Of a stretch of 64,000 nucleotides of DNA, positions 1 through 11,388 are shown one piece after another. The notes beneath the pieces were generated by a model, which did no database searches, had not been told where the DNA came from, and saw nothing but the letters and a program-made list of their open reading frames with translations. Each line of letters starts with the position of its first letter. Position 1 is the first letter of the stretch. Source of the DNA: Peribolospora baueri (taxonomy: Eukaryota); assembly GCA_029717555.1 (NCBI GenBank), contig JAMDHS010000028.1:1-64000 (forward strand), given 5' to 3'. The translations under genes and the position numbers were made by a program.

Positions 1-530
1 TCGCTACTGGTCTCGTCGGCGGCGTCACCAGCGGTGGCCTCCGTCGTCAGGCGGACTCTTCTGCCCCCGCTGGTGGCGACGGCTCCGCCGCCCCGGCCAG
101 CGGTGACAACTCCGCCGCTCCCGCCAATGCTCCTCCTTCCGGTGGCAGCCCGCTCAGCGGTCTCCTCGGTGGTCTTGGCGGTGGCCTCGCCGGCCGTCAG
201 CTTCCCAACCTCGGCGGTGTGACCGACGCTCTCCCCCTCGGCGGACGTCAGCTCGACCCGAGCGGCGTGGTTAACATCGCTACTGGTCTCGTCGGCGGCG
301 TCACCAGCGGTGGCCTCCGTCGTCAGGCGGACTCTTCTGCCCCCGCTGGTGGCGACGGCTCCGCCGCCCCGGCCAGCGGTGACAACTCCGCCGCTCCCGC
401 CAACGCTCCTCCTTCCGGTGGCAGCCCGCTCAGCGGTCTCCTCGGTGGTCTTGGCGGTGGCCTCGCCGGCCGTCAGCTTCCTAACCTCGGCGGTGTGACC
501 GACGCCCTTCCCCTCGGCGGCCGCCAGCTT
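1..530 (+). repeat. 276-bp coding tandem repeat (at least 2 copies, probably continuing upstream of the window)
   Basis: tcgctactggtctcgtcggcggcgtcacc occurs at 1 and 277. The copies are near-identical until about 253 and 529. Confidence 0.97.
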
Positions 531-1022
531 GGTGGTGGTAGCCCCTTGAGCACTGTCACTGGTCTCGTCGGCGGCGTCACTGGCGGTAGCATTGGCTCTC
601 GTCAACTCAGCGGTACTCTCGGCACTGTCAAGGGCCTTACCGACTCGGCCTCCAGGCCCCTCACCGGCGTCCTTTCCCCTCAGGCTAACAAGGGCCAGAA
701 GGTTCACCCCTACAAGCCCAACAACAGCACTGTGCCGGCCAAGCCGATCTCGTACAAGGGCCAGAATTACCAGGGCCAATGCTCTGTCGGTCCCGTCCAG
801 TGCTGCAACCATATCGTCAATGACTCTTCCACCAAGGCTTCCTTCTCCCTCGTCGGCGACATCTCCAACGCTGTCGGCTCCATCGGTCTCGAGTGTGTCC
901 CCATTGCCGCCGGTATCGCTGCCGCCATTTCTGACAACTGTAAGGAGGCTCCCGTGTGCTGCCAAGGTGTCAGCCAGAACGGCCTGATCAACGTTGGCTG
1001 CTCTTCGCTACCGCTCATCTGA
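1..1022 (+). CDS. Repeat-containing class I hydrophobin (5'-partial; Hum3/Rep1-like architecture)
   Basis: The frame is open from base 3 to TGA at 1020-1022. The C-terminal domain has the 8-Cys pattern C-X6-CC-X29-C-X14-C-X5-CC-X12-C (QCSVGPVQCC...LECVPI...NCKEAPVCC...VGCSSLPLI). It is preceded by Gly/Leu/Ser-rich 92-aa repeats punctuated by RR|Q, GR|Q and SR|Q. Confidence 0.9.
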   Translation, partial: ATGLVGGVTSGGLRRQADSSAPAGGDGSAAPASGDNSAAPANAPPSGGSPLSGLLGGLGGGLAGRQLPNLGGVTDALPLGGRQLDPSGVVNIATGLVGGVTSGGLRRQADSSAPAGGDGSAAPASGDNSAAPANAPPSGGSPLSGLLGGLGGGLAGRQLPNLGGVTDALPLGGRQLGGGSPLSTVTGLVGGVTGGSIGSRQLSGTLGTVKGLTDSASRPLTGVLSPQANKGQKVHPYKPNNSTVPAKPISYKGQNYQGQCSVGPVQCCNHIVNDSSTKASFSLVGDISNAVGSIGLECVPIAAGIAAAISDNCKEAPVCCQGVSQNGLINVGCSSLPLI

Positions 1023-1883
1023 TGGGATGTCTTGGGTGTGTATTTTACACTTGGTCGCGTCGTCGCGATGGTCCGCTGTCGCGCTCGGCGAGCGCGTGCC
1101 GTAAGGCCGCGTCGTCGTATCTCTGGCGCCCCACTTGCACCTGAGACCACCCAGAGGGCGAACTTGCATTTCGATTCTTTCTGGCCGTGACGTACCGGTG
1201 AAGCTTTTTATTTCGATTATCTTTTTACTGGAAACGACTATTCCTAGCTATGACTCGTGATATTGTGCTGCGAACGAAGGGGGCGTGGGTGAAAAAGGAA
1301 AGATGCGCGGCTCACAGTATACATAGACACCATGTGGTTGGGGAAGATGCAAATGAGGCTGACTTTACGACGCGACCCTTGACGCGCTCCCCGCCGTCCA
1401 AAGGTGTGTTTGTCTGTCTGTCGGAGCGGGGGAGAGTGTCAGTCGAAGCGGGAAATGGTACATCGGTATAACATTTCAACGGATCAGTCTATGCCGGTGG
1501 CAGAATGCAGAATGAGACTCGGGATAATGAATGTGACGGCGAACGTCGCGGGCGGACGGATGACCGAGATTATAGACAAAATGCCCGATTGTACATTGTA
1601 ATAAGCTGCTCCATAGAACGATCGAAAGCCGGAGGGCGACACGGCGAGTTTTTGGCTGCGGCACGACCGACCGGGTCGATGGGAGCCTCCTCTTGTCACC
1701 GACGACGATCGATCGACCGACCAAATCGGCCGCGCAAACCTTCGACGAGTCCGACGTTCGTTCCTTGCTCGCCACCGTGCCAACCTGGGTGGTTGCCATC
1801 GCCTGCGTCTCTTCCTTCTTCTCTTCTCCCCGCTCCGGCGCCGTACCTTGAATTTCGGTTTCTTCTCGTAGCATCTCTTCACC

Positions 1884-3381
1884 ATGTCTGAACGCAAGGT
1901 CTTGAACAGTAAGCCTATTGCTGCTTCTCCTGTCATTGTCATTCAAGTCCTCGCAAGTGCTGCATAACTAAACACACAATTCATCTCATCCGTCCGTCTC
2001 CCCACCTTCCTTCCTCCCGCTTGAACAGAGTACTTCCCTCCGGACTTTGACCCAAAGCTCATCCCTAGGCGTCGACAGCCCAAGAACGCTCAGCAGGTCG
2101 TCCGCCTCATGGCACCCTTTTCGATGCGTTGTAACACCTGTGGAGAGTTTGTGTACAAGGGGAAAAAGTTTAATGCGCGAAAGGAGACTGTGGAAGGAGA
2201 GACGTACTATTGTGAGCGAGCGTTTTCGCCCGCCTTTTCTTTCTTCGCCGTGCCTCTCGTGCCTTGCTTGCCTCGATTTTCCGGCAGACAGGACTGACAC
2301 CCCGGCCGCTCGCTCTGTTTATTCGCCCTTGCCCTTGCCCGCACCCTTCCCCCCATCACAGCCATCAAGATCTTTCGATTCTACATTCGATGTCCGCAAT
2401 GCTCGGCCGAGATCACGTTCAAGACGGACCCGAAGAGTGTGTAGCCATGTCATCCCGGATTGGCGAAGCTAAGCGCTTTTGGCAGACGGACTGGCGGACT
2501 GACCCCGGCTTCGCTCCTCCTTCTTCTACCTCTCAGACACCGACTACGTGGCCGAACATGGTGCCTCGCGCAACTTTGAGCCCTGGCGAGAGGAGGAGGA
2601 GGAGGTGGAGGAGGACCGTCTGGCGCGATTGGAAGAGGAAGAGAACGATCCGATGAAGGCATTGGAAAACCGCGTGGTGGACAGCAAACGAGAGATGGAC
2701 ATCATGGACGCCCTGCAGGAGATTCGGACCCGTAACGCCCGTTTGGAGCGCGTCGGCGTTGACTCGGCCCTCGATCGCGTCCTGGACGGAAAGGGCAAGG
2801 CTGCGATGACGCCGGAGGATCTGGAGCGATTGCAAGCGGAAGAGGAGGATGAGGCCTTGATACGCCAGTACTTCCCGCGATCCGGCGGTACTGGCGGCGG
2901 GCTGCCGCCGAACTTGAATGGCGATGGCGATGCGGACGACGACGACGACGACGACGACGACGGTGCTCGAGCGACCGGCAGCGGCAGCGGCGGTGACTCC
3001 CGTTCCGGATCGGCTTCCGACTCGCTTCCCATCCTCGCAGATGCCGATGCCGCCTCTATGCCTCCGCCACCGTCGTTGCAGTCCGGCAAAGCGACATCAA
3101 CGGCGACAGCACCTTCGCCTTTGCCAACTTCTGCCTCGGAAATCCGGTCGGCAAAGAAACGACCGGCGACAGAGGTCGAGCCAGACGTGGCTAGCTTGTT
3201 GAGCGAGCGAGCAAAGAGCATGGTCGCAAGTTCGTCCAGTATGGTTGCTGCAGCCGGCATGGGCAAGGCGACGGGGACGGGAACCGGGGCGAGGGCGGGG
3301 ACGGGGGCGGGACCGGTGGCGAAGAAGAAGAAGAAGCAGGACTTTGGAGCGGCGTTGGGGATCAAGATCAAGAAGAAATGA
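1884..3381 (+). CDS. YJU2: Splicing factor YJU2/CWC16 (CCDC94), 4 exons
   Basis: The spliced translation reads MSERKVLNK|YFPPDFDP...VRLMAPFSMRCNTCGEF...IFRFYIRCPQCSAEITFKTDPK|NTDYVAEHGASRNFEPW...DPMKALENR. It has two CxxC zinc ligand pairs and GT-AG introns. Confidence 0.95.
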
Positions 3382-3927
3382 GGCATTCGACGTCGTCAGC
3401 GTCGTGTGAGATGGGGATGGGGTGGGGAGGGTGGGGGTGTTTGGTTCATGAGCCGAGGGGGGTGAGGAAGGCGGCTCGACGCTGCATTCCCGTTGTGCCG
3501 GTGGACGCCTGCGAAGAGCGGGCTCTACATTCTGTACCATTACACTGCACATCCCGCTGCGGCCTGTACTTATCGTGAATGGCCGTACCGAGATCGTCGG
3601 CGACCGTTTCGAGGCGGTGCGATGGCCCATGTGCCTGTCCTGCTCCCCACGTCGGCTCCGGACCTTGACGGCAGGCACGGCTCTCTGTGACGACGGACGA
3701 ACGGAGAGGGAAAAGGCTTTGTCCGCTCTGGGAAATTCGCCAGGCCCGTTCAAAGACGATCTTTGCGGCTTAAGAAAAGTCTCGAGTGACAAATGTTCTC
3801 TATTCCTTTGGTATCCCGTCCGGCACTCGCCTCTACATATCATCATCATGACCCACGTTTTCGTGGTCCATCGCAGTCCATGTATCGATCCTCCCTTTCC
3901 TTGCTGACGAAGGCCCGGCCCCCTGGT

Positions 3928-6293
3928 TCACTGCAGGCCCAGCCATCTATCCAGCCCCTCCACCTTGTCAGCCGCCTCAAGGCTGATGCCCTTCCTCCCA
4001 TGTCCGACGCTCGACGCTCCCACGCCCGCCTCCGCCCGCGAAGTCAGCGCGCAGACGGACATCTCTTGCCATTGAGACCAGAGCTGCTCTACCGCTCGTT
4101 GGGCCCTGGGGATCGAGCGGGGCGCGTCGTTCGAATCCGCATCCGCCGAAGGGGAAGGAGGCGAGAGGACGAGAAGATACAGCGCGTCGTAGCCGCCGGC
4201 TGAACAGACAGAGCGAACATCAAATGTGAACGGGCGAGTCGTCAGTCAGTCAAGCCGGAATTGTCAAGCAAGACGGCGTCCGGGTCGCGGACGATTCGCA
4301 TATCGCCGAAAAAGACAGCAGAAGCTTACCGCCCGGGACGCCACCACCGGCTACGCCTTCGACTTCTACGCTTGCGTCAAGCAACCTGGTTTGTTCGTCC
4401 GGCTCAATGGGCGCCCCGCAAGAGGTGCCGAGGCATTTCATATCCGCTCGAATGGCCTGCAGTGTGACAAGAGGGGAAGAACGGATGGGCAACCACAAGG
4501 GTTTCGATCAGCATGGCTTTGAACATCTCTCCAATGGAAAAAGAGACAAACCAGTCCTAGTGAAATGACAGGAAAGCGAGGTGACATCGTAACGCACCTT
4601 CAAAGCATCTTTCAAGGCGATCAAGCCCCGCCAAACTTCCTTCGCGCCCTTATTTTCCTCCTGCTCTATCGCAGCAGCGAAAACATCCCACTCCGCGTTC
4701 TTGCAGGCTTCGGCTCGCGAAATGACAGATTTATAAGCGTCCGGGCTCTGCACGTACGCGACGTTCAACTTCCCGAGCGCGCTCACGAGCATCCCGTTCG
4801 ACTCGTCCAGCGACGCGTATACCCTCCCCGCCTCTTCGGGCTTCTCCTTACGCCAGGCGAGAACGGAAGACACGAGCTTTGGCGTGTTGGAGCCGGTGTC
4901 TACGTCCGCGAGGAGAAGGGAGAGGAACGGGGGAAGGGAAAGAGGAGATGGGCGCGAGAGTGACCCGGGTTCCGAATCGGACGGACGCGTTGAATCGGCT
5001 GGGGCCCAGCATGGATGGACGGGGTTGAGAGATGGCAGAAGTGACGGCTGTGGCCGATACGATGATACGATAAATACGGACTTCAAACTTGATAACGCAC
5101 ATCGGCGTGGAGGGGCACTCACTGCAGGAGCCGACTCGTCACCGTCATCGTGCGCCATAAGCTGGCCCAACACCTCTCCCCAGCCGCCTCTCTGGAAGAT
5201 ATGGCTCCCCCATACGGCTGAGCTTACGTCGAATCCAGAGCCGATCTTTCCCTGCGCCGAGCAATGCACAAATTGTGCGAGATTGTGGATAAGAGCGAGA
5301 CCCGCCTCGGTGGGCTGGCCTAGCTTGTTCGGGCGTGGAATACTGGGCGTGTCTATGGAGCCAAAGGCTGTATTGTATTCGGGTTGAGATGGTGTCGAGG
5401 AGGCGTAGTAAGCTGGGACGTATTGGAGCGGCACGACGCCGAGGTGGATAAGCAGCGCGCCGACGAGCGAAGTCGTCATCGCTGCACTGGAGCCTAGACC
5501 GGTCTTATGCACTTGAGAGATAGGCAAACCTAAGGGGTCAAAGGAAGAAAGGGAGAGTAGAGAGTCGGAGGAGAGGGGTAACGACCGCTCCGCGAGCTAA
5601 TGAGGCCGTGAATATGCATGTTTAGAGACACACGGATCCATCCTAGTGCGAGAGATGAGCAGAGACCCAAGCTGACTGGCCCACCTTTGCTCGTTGAGAA
5701 TAAAAGTCGTTATCGCCAAGGACTGTAACACCGAGCCCATATCCACCCAGCAACCGGGCCACCTTGGCATGCGAGGACAGTTCAGATGCCAAGCGGAGGC
5801 TGTGAAGGATGGCAAGCTGGACGAAAGGGTTGGAGCCTGGCAAATCGGAGCTGTTAGATTAGATGCAAAAATGCACAAATGACCTTTCTATCAACAACCT
5901 CACAGACAAGCACGCTAGGGGACACGCCGTGATTGAAAGCACTCCTCACCTTTGGTCCTGAACGATCTTCCAGTCCGTGACCTTCCCCTCGCGTCGAACT
6001 TGGCTCACAATATACGTCCACACTGCCCCCTCAAACTGAGGCGAGGTCACGCGCACGCACCACCTAAGCCCAACCTGACCACTCTCAGAGCTCGGTATAT
6101 CAACGTCGGTGTTGGTCTGACCAAGAGAAGGACCTAGGCCATCGTGAGAAGACAAGGTTCGGACGGAGGAGAAGAAGCGCGAGGTCGTCGCAACCACGAC
6201 GCCAGAGTATTGCGGATCGAGGACGAGGTACCCGCCGGCGACAAGGACCTTTCCCGGCGCCGAGACGGTGGTGATCTGACGAGGAGCCCGCAT
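3928..6293 (-). CDS. ERG8: Phosphomevalonate kinase (GHMP family), multi-exon
   Basis: Motifs [67 protein letters not shown] and GGGVPG|AGGYDA. The last exon ends ...RWLGLQ* at 3928. Confidence 0.93.
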
Positions 6294-6485
6294 CGAGGTC
6301 AGTAGACGAGGCAGAGGAAGGAGATATGCCTCATCATGCGCCCAACTTCCGGGCCTTGTACAGTGCTCGTGTCACGTGCACCACCGCGAGCCACCTCGTG
6401 CCGGACGGCCGATGCGCTGGCCAAGAAGGGGTGGCTTCGTCTGCTCGTCTCCTTCTGCTCGCCGTCTCCACCTCCACGACCGACG

Positions 6486-7625
6486 ATGCATCTCACCAAG
6501 CTCACTTCATTTCTTGCCCTGCTCGTTGCAGTGGCTCTCTTTGCCTTCTCGTCCCCGGCCGTACAAGCCTCTGAGGAGCCGGTCGTAACGCACAAGGTTC
6601 GTTGTTTTGTCGCGAGCACCACCTCGAACGGCCGGACCTCCGTATTCATGCTGATGGATGATGTTCCTCTTGCACGGCATTCACGCTGCAGGTCTACTTT
6701 GACATTTCCCATGGAGACGAAAAGATGGGCCGCATTGTGCTCGGCCTGTGAGTACGCCTTCTCCCAATGCCTTTCAAACGTTCGTTGTCCTCACCTTGCC
6801 CGTGCCCGGTCGGATCATTCGCAGCTACGGCAAAGTCGTCCCTAGGACGGCCGAGAATTTCCGTGCCCTGGCCACCGGCGAGAATGGCTTTGGATACAAG
6901 GGTAGGCACCCGTGCAGCACATGAGCCTGTTCGATGGTTGGCCGTCTTTCATGCCTGACTTCCTACCCTATTCTCATCGCCGGCGGTAGGCTCCATCTTC
7001 CACCGCGTCATCCCTCAGGTACGTGACTCGCATGAGATTTTCATTCGCGTACATGGGTCAAAGAACGTATCCAATTGAGCGTCTTCATTCGTCATCGCCG
7101 TCCAAAACCACCACCGCTTCTCACAGTTCATGATCCAAGGCGGTGATTTCACTAACTTCGACGGCACCGGCGGCAAGTCCATCTACGGCAACAAATTTGA
7201 GGACGAGAACTTCCAGCTCAAGCACACCGGTCCCGGCACCCTCTCAATGGCCAACGCTGGCAGGGACACCAACGGCTCTCAGTTCGTGAGTGGCTTTTGC
7301 CCAGCCCGCCAGTCACATTCTTCTAGATCGATTTATTTTTTTTCTTTCGAGACTGATGATGGATTGGTGTGATATCCTTCCTTATCCTACCTCTTCCTCT
7401 GTTTAGTTCATCTGCACGGTTAAGACTTCCTGGCTCGACGGCAGGCACGTCGTTTTCGGTCGCATTCTCGAAGGCATGGACATCGTTTACAAGATCGAGA
7501 AGGTTCCGAAGGGGCCCCGCGACAGGCCTCGCAAGGACGTTAAGATCATCGACTCGGGAGAGTTGCCCCTGGAAGCCAAGGAACCTGAGGTAGTCGTCAT
7601 GAAGAAGGTTCACGAGGAGCTCTGA
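6486..7625 (+). CDS. ER cyclophilin B (peptidyl-prolyl cis-trans isomerase) with signal peptide and C-terminal HEEL
   Basis: Signal peptide [28 protein letters not shown]. Exons give [71 protein letters not shown], ending KKVHEEL*. Confidence 0.95.
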
Positions 7626-7778
7626 TCTGGGTTTCCTCCGCTCTCCCCTTCCTTCGTCCGCTCGTGTGACCATTTGAGTGAGTTGGACGTGCCCTTGGGG
7701 AGGGCGCGGAGAATGATAGGGTTGATGCGAGGGTCTGTCTCTTCCTCCAACGTCCATCCATCGTGTCCGTGCATGCAG

Positions 7779-8123
7779 GCGGCTGCTCCGACAACTGCAA
7801 ATTCCCAAACCGGCTTGACGTCTACTCAAACGCAGTCTTCTCTCTCCGCTTCCGCTTCCATCCTACCTGACTCTAAATCCTCCTCCTTTGGCTTCGGCTC
7901 CTTCCTCCTTCTTGTCGCCCTCGTCCTCATCGCCATCTTCGCCGGGTGGGCGTTGAGGCAGAGCGCTAAGGAGGACGATGACGTCCGACATCCAAGGCGG
8001 AGGACCTCGCAGACGACGTCGGGCGCGGGTGGCGGTTTGATGCGCATGGTGAGGAGCGGAGATTCGAGAGGGCGTTATGCCGGTATGGGGAATGGGCAGC
8101 AGGAGAGGGACTTGGAGGCTTAG
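7779..8123 (+). CDS. Probable alternative terminal exon of the cyclophilin (Ser/Thr stalk, TM helix, cytosolic tail)
   Basis: The CAG acceptor at 7776-7778 is in phase 0 with GT donors at 7590 or 7608. The exon encodes AAAPTTANSQT...FGFGSFLLLVALVLIAIFAGWALRQ...DLEA*. Confidence 0.55.
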   Translation, partial: AAAPTTANSQTGLTSTQTQSSLSASASILPDSKSSSFGFGSFLLLVALVLIAIFAGWALRQSAKEDDDVRHPRRRTSQTTSGAGGGLMRMVRSGDSRGRYAGMGNGQQERDLEA

Positions 8124-8820
8124 TCGATCGTCGCGGACCGGTTCTTGGGTCGGTACGTTTGGAGAAATGGATCGGGTGGGGACGGAATGGACAGTATGTC
8201 GGGAAACGGATAGAATGCTGCTCGAAAATAACTTGATTTCTGACTTGTTCGCCTCGCCGACAAGCGTCCGGGGTCGACACGGTAGTGTTAGGCCCTGTGT
8301 TATCAGCCGAGGAGGAAGATTTGTGCATAATGTAGAACTCTCGTGTTGGTGACTTTCGGTCCTCCTTCCGTTTTGCCGGAGGACCATGGTGGTACGAAAA
8401 CCATAACGGGCGGAGGACTGACTATCGCCCACTGGCTGGGGCGGGCGGCTCGCAGAGAGAGGGTTGAGCGAGCAGCACGGCATCGCGTTGCGTCTTATCG
8501 TTGTTGTGGATTTTTGGATTAAGCATCAAGAAAAACCCATCCTCCTTCCCCGCCATCATCCATCGCGATCTCTCCAACAGAGACGAGACGAGACAAGACG
8601 AGACCCGTTCCCACCGACGACGACGTCCCTTTCGGTCGAACGTGACAAGGACCCCGAAAGGAGAAGCAGTCAGTCGTGTCCGTATGAGGTGAATAAGGTT
8701 ATAGGAAGACGAAAGGACACGACGGAGGGGCCGGCACAAAAGTCGAAAGAACAAAGAAAGAGAGAGAAAGACGGGTTCCCAGGAGGCCAATTCTCCTCGG
8801 CACCCGGGGTCGTATGGCCC

Positions 8821-11388
8821 TCATGCCAGCAAGCCGGCGATGGCGGCAGTCTGGCACGTGGTGATGAAGCCGATGACGAGGGCAGACGGGGCGAGTCGAG
8901 CGATGACGCCGGAGCGAGAAGGAGCGAGTCCGGAGAGGACACCGATGTTGATGCCAAGGGAGCCAATGTTGGCGAAACCGCAGAGACAGTAAGAGACAAT
9001 GATGAAATTGCGCCCGACGATGGGGTCGGCCGAGGCCTGGATGGCGTGCAAGTTGGTGTAAGCGACAAACTCGTTGGCGATGGCTTTTGTGGCGAGGAGC
9101 TTGGAGATGCGAAGGATGTCGTGGCTGCCTTCGACGCCGAGGAGCCAGACGAAAGGGTAGAAGACGTAGCCGAGGACGAGCTCGATGGTGAGTTCGTGGA
9201 TGCCCCAGAACTGGCCGATCCTGTTGAACGGAGAGCAGAGAGGCCAAGAGGAAACCGGGGGTTAATCCGAGAGATCCACGACGGGTGAGTCGGGAGAGAA
9301 GGGAGAGTAGCACACCAGGTGAGAAGACCATCAACGGCGGCGAGGAGAGAAAGGATGACGAGCACGTTGGCGAGGATGGTGCCGGCGACGCGGAGACCGA
9401 ACCAAGCGCCGTTGGAGAAGGCATGAAGGAAATTGACCTCGTCGCTGGTCTTCTCGCCACGGTCGACCGTGACCTTGCCGAGGGTGAGCGGGACCTCCGT
9501 CTCGGGGTAGCGTAGCTTTGAACTACCGATAGACGCTGGAATGGACATGACAGAAGCGGTGACGATGTAGACGGCGGGAACGCCAAGGTTGATGTAGGCG
9601 AGCATGACTGCGCCGGAGATGGTGGCGAAGCCAGAGGTGAGTACCTGGTGAATCTCGGAAGGCGTCCTTCACGGCGGCGTAAAATAGTGTTGCGATAGGA
9701 AAGAAAGAGAGAGGGAAAAAAAAAAAAAAGAAAAAGAAAAAGAGAAAGGGGGAGTTCAGCCTGATGAGGCGGCTGGACCCAGCGCTGACCAAGACGTCAG
9801 ACCGATGATTCGAGTAAAAAAAGCAAGATGGCAACCGACATGTAATCGACAAAAGGCTTGACCATGCACGCGTTCTCGCCTTGACCGATGAAAGGGGAGG
9901 CGGAGGCGACGACGGCCTCGGCACCAGAGATGCCCATCGTCTTGCTGCAGGTGTAGGGGTGGGGGAACTATGTAAGCGACGGGTTTGCGCTCCGTACAGC
10001 GCGAACGACCATGCCCGTGAGACGAGAGGTAGGTCGGCGTTGGGGCGGGAGAACGGCAACGGGACTCACAAGAAGAACCAGGCGAACTTGGAGATGATCC
10101 ACTGCATGACGCCCAGGTAATAGCACATCTGAACAAAGGCGATGAAGAAGATGATAGCGGGCAGAGTCGTGAGGAAGAAGAAAGGTTGGGAGACAAAGGC
10201 CTCGGAGAAGAAGAAGGCAGCGCCGGCCTTGGAGGACTCTAGAAAGTCGGAAGCTAGAATGGCGATCCAGTCAAAGAAGGCGAACCCGGCGCTGGTCTTA
10301 AAGACGAGCAGGGCCAAGATCATCTGCATGCCCAGACCGACGATGACTTGGCGTGGTTGGACGGCCTTGTGGTTGTTCGAGGAGAGGTAGAAGCAGCACT
10401 GGAAGACGAAGATGCCGAAGAGCGAGATGGTGCGCTCTGAGAAGGGGGCCGTTTCGTTCGCAGGCGGCGGAAGAGATATCTTTCATTGGTACGCCCTTGG
10501 GAAAGAACTCGTCTCGAGGCTCAGAAGGGCAACTCACGCTTGTAGCTGCTCCCATTGAGGGGATTGCCGTACGCGGAGCCGAAGAAGAGAGCGAGCAGGG
10601 CGATCCAACCAATGGCGAGTTTGCCATAATGGGGGATCATGCTCCACGGCCTGCCCAGGACGGTGTTCCAGACAGTCGTGATGACGCGTACGAAGGGCCT
10701 TTGCGAGACATAATTGTTGTGGAAGAGGATGAAGAGCTGCGAAGGGGGGCCGCCCGCAAACAGGGACAAGAGGGGATTCGGCGTCACCTCTCATTGACGG
10801 GGAGAAGGAAGGCACTAGACGTTTGCGAAGACCGCTCCGACGGACGTCTCGCTCACGATGAAGAACCAGGTCCAAATGGTCGTCACGACCCACTTGTTGT
10901 GCGGCTGTCGTCTGATGATCAATCCGGGAATCCTTCGCGACGGGAAAACGGGAGGCGGAAAAGCGAGGATGAGCGTCCGAGTTTGGAAGGGACGGCATGC
11001 GCGAAAGCCGGCGGTCTGGGAGAAGTTTTCGAGAGACTCACCACCAGCCGAGAAGAAGGGCGATGAGGCCGAAGTGAATGAACCTCTTCCTCCAGCGGCT
11101 CTGCCAGAGCCTGCCGGCCCACTCGCTGGTCTGGTCGTTGGGCGCATCGTCTGTGCCGAGGAGTTCGTTGACCGGCTGCGCGCCAACGACCGCCTCGACG
11201 TCGCGGTCGTTGACTGCGATCTCCTTCCCCTTCTCCACCGAGGACAGCACATCAGGAGTGGACAGGGCGACGGCGGCGGCGACGGCGGCGACGTGCTTCT
11301 CGTCCGTGGTCGAGTGGGACGAGGCGGAGGGCGCCACGGGCTCCTCTGCTGGCTTGGGCTCGGGCTGGACGGGGTGGGGGTTGGACAT
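8821..11388 (-). CDS. Concentrative nucleoside transporter (CNT/SLC28/NupC family), multi-exon
   Basis: Motifs [84 protein letters not shown] and [18 protein letters not shown]. Confidence 0.93.

Noticed and set aside
2935..2961. (GAC)n run
   Set aside because: It is a simple coding microsatellite giving poly-Asp in the disordered YJU2 tail.
9670..10070. Possible TPP riboswitch in the nucleoside transporter introns
   Set aside because: Fungal TPP riboswitches can sit in transporter introns, but I found no CUGAGA...CUUGA/CCUGA...GAAAG-type core on the sense strand. The introns look like ordinary pyrimidine-rich ones.
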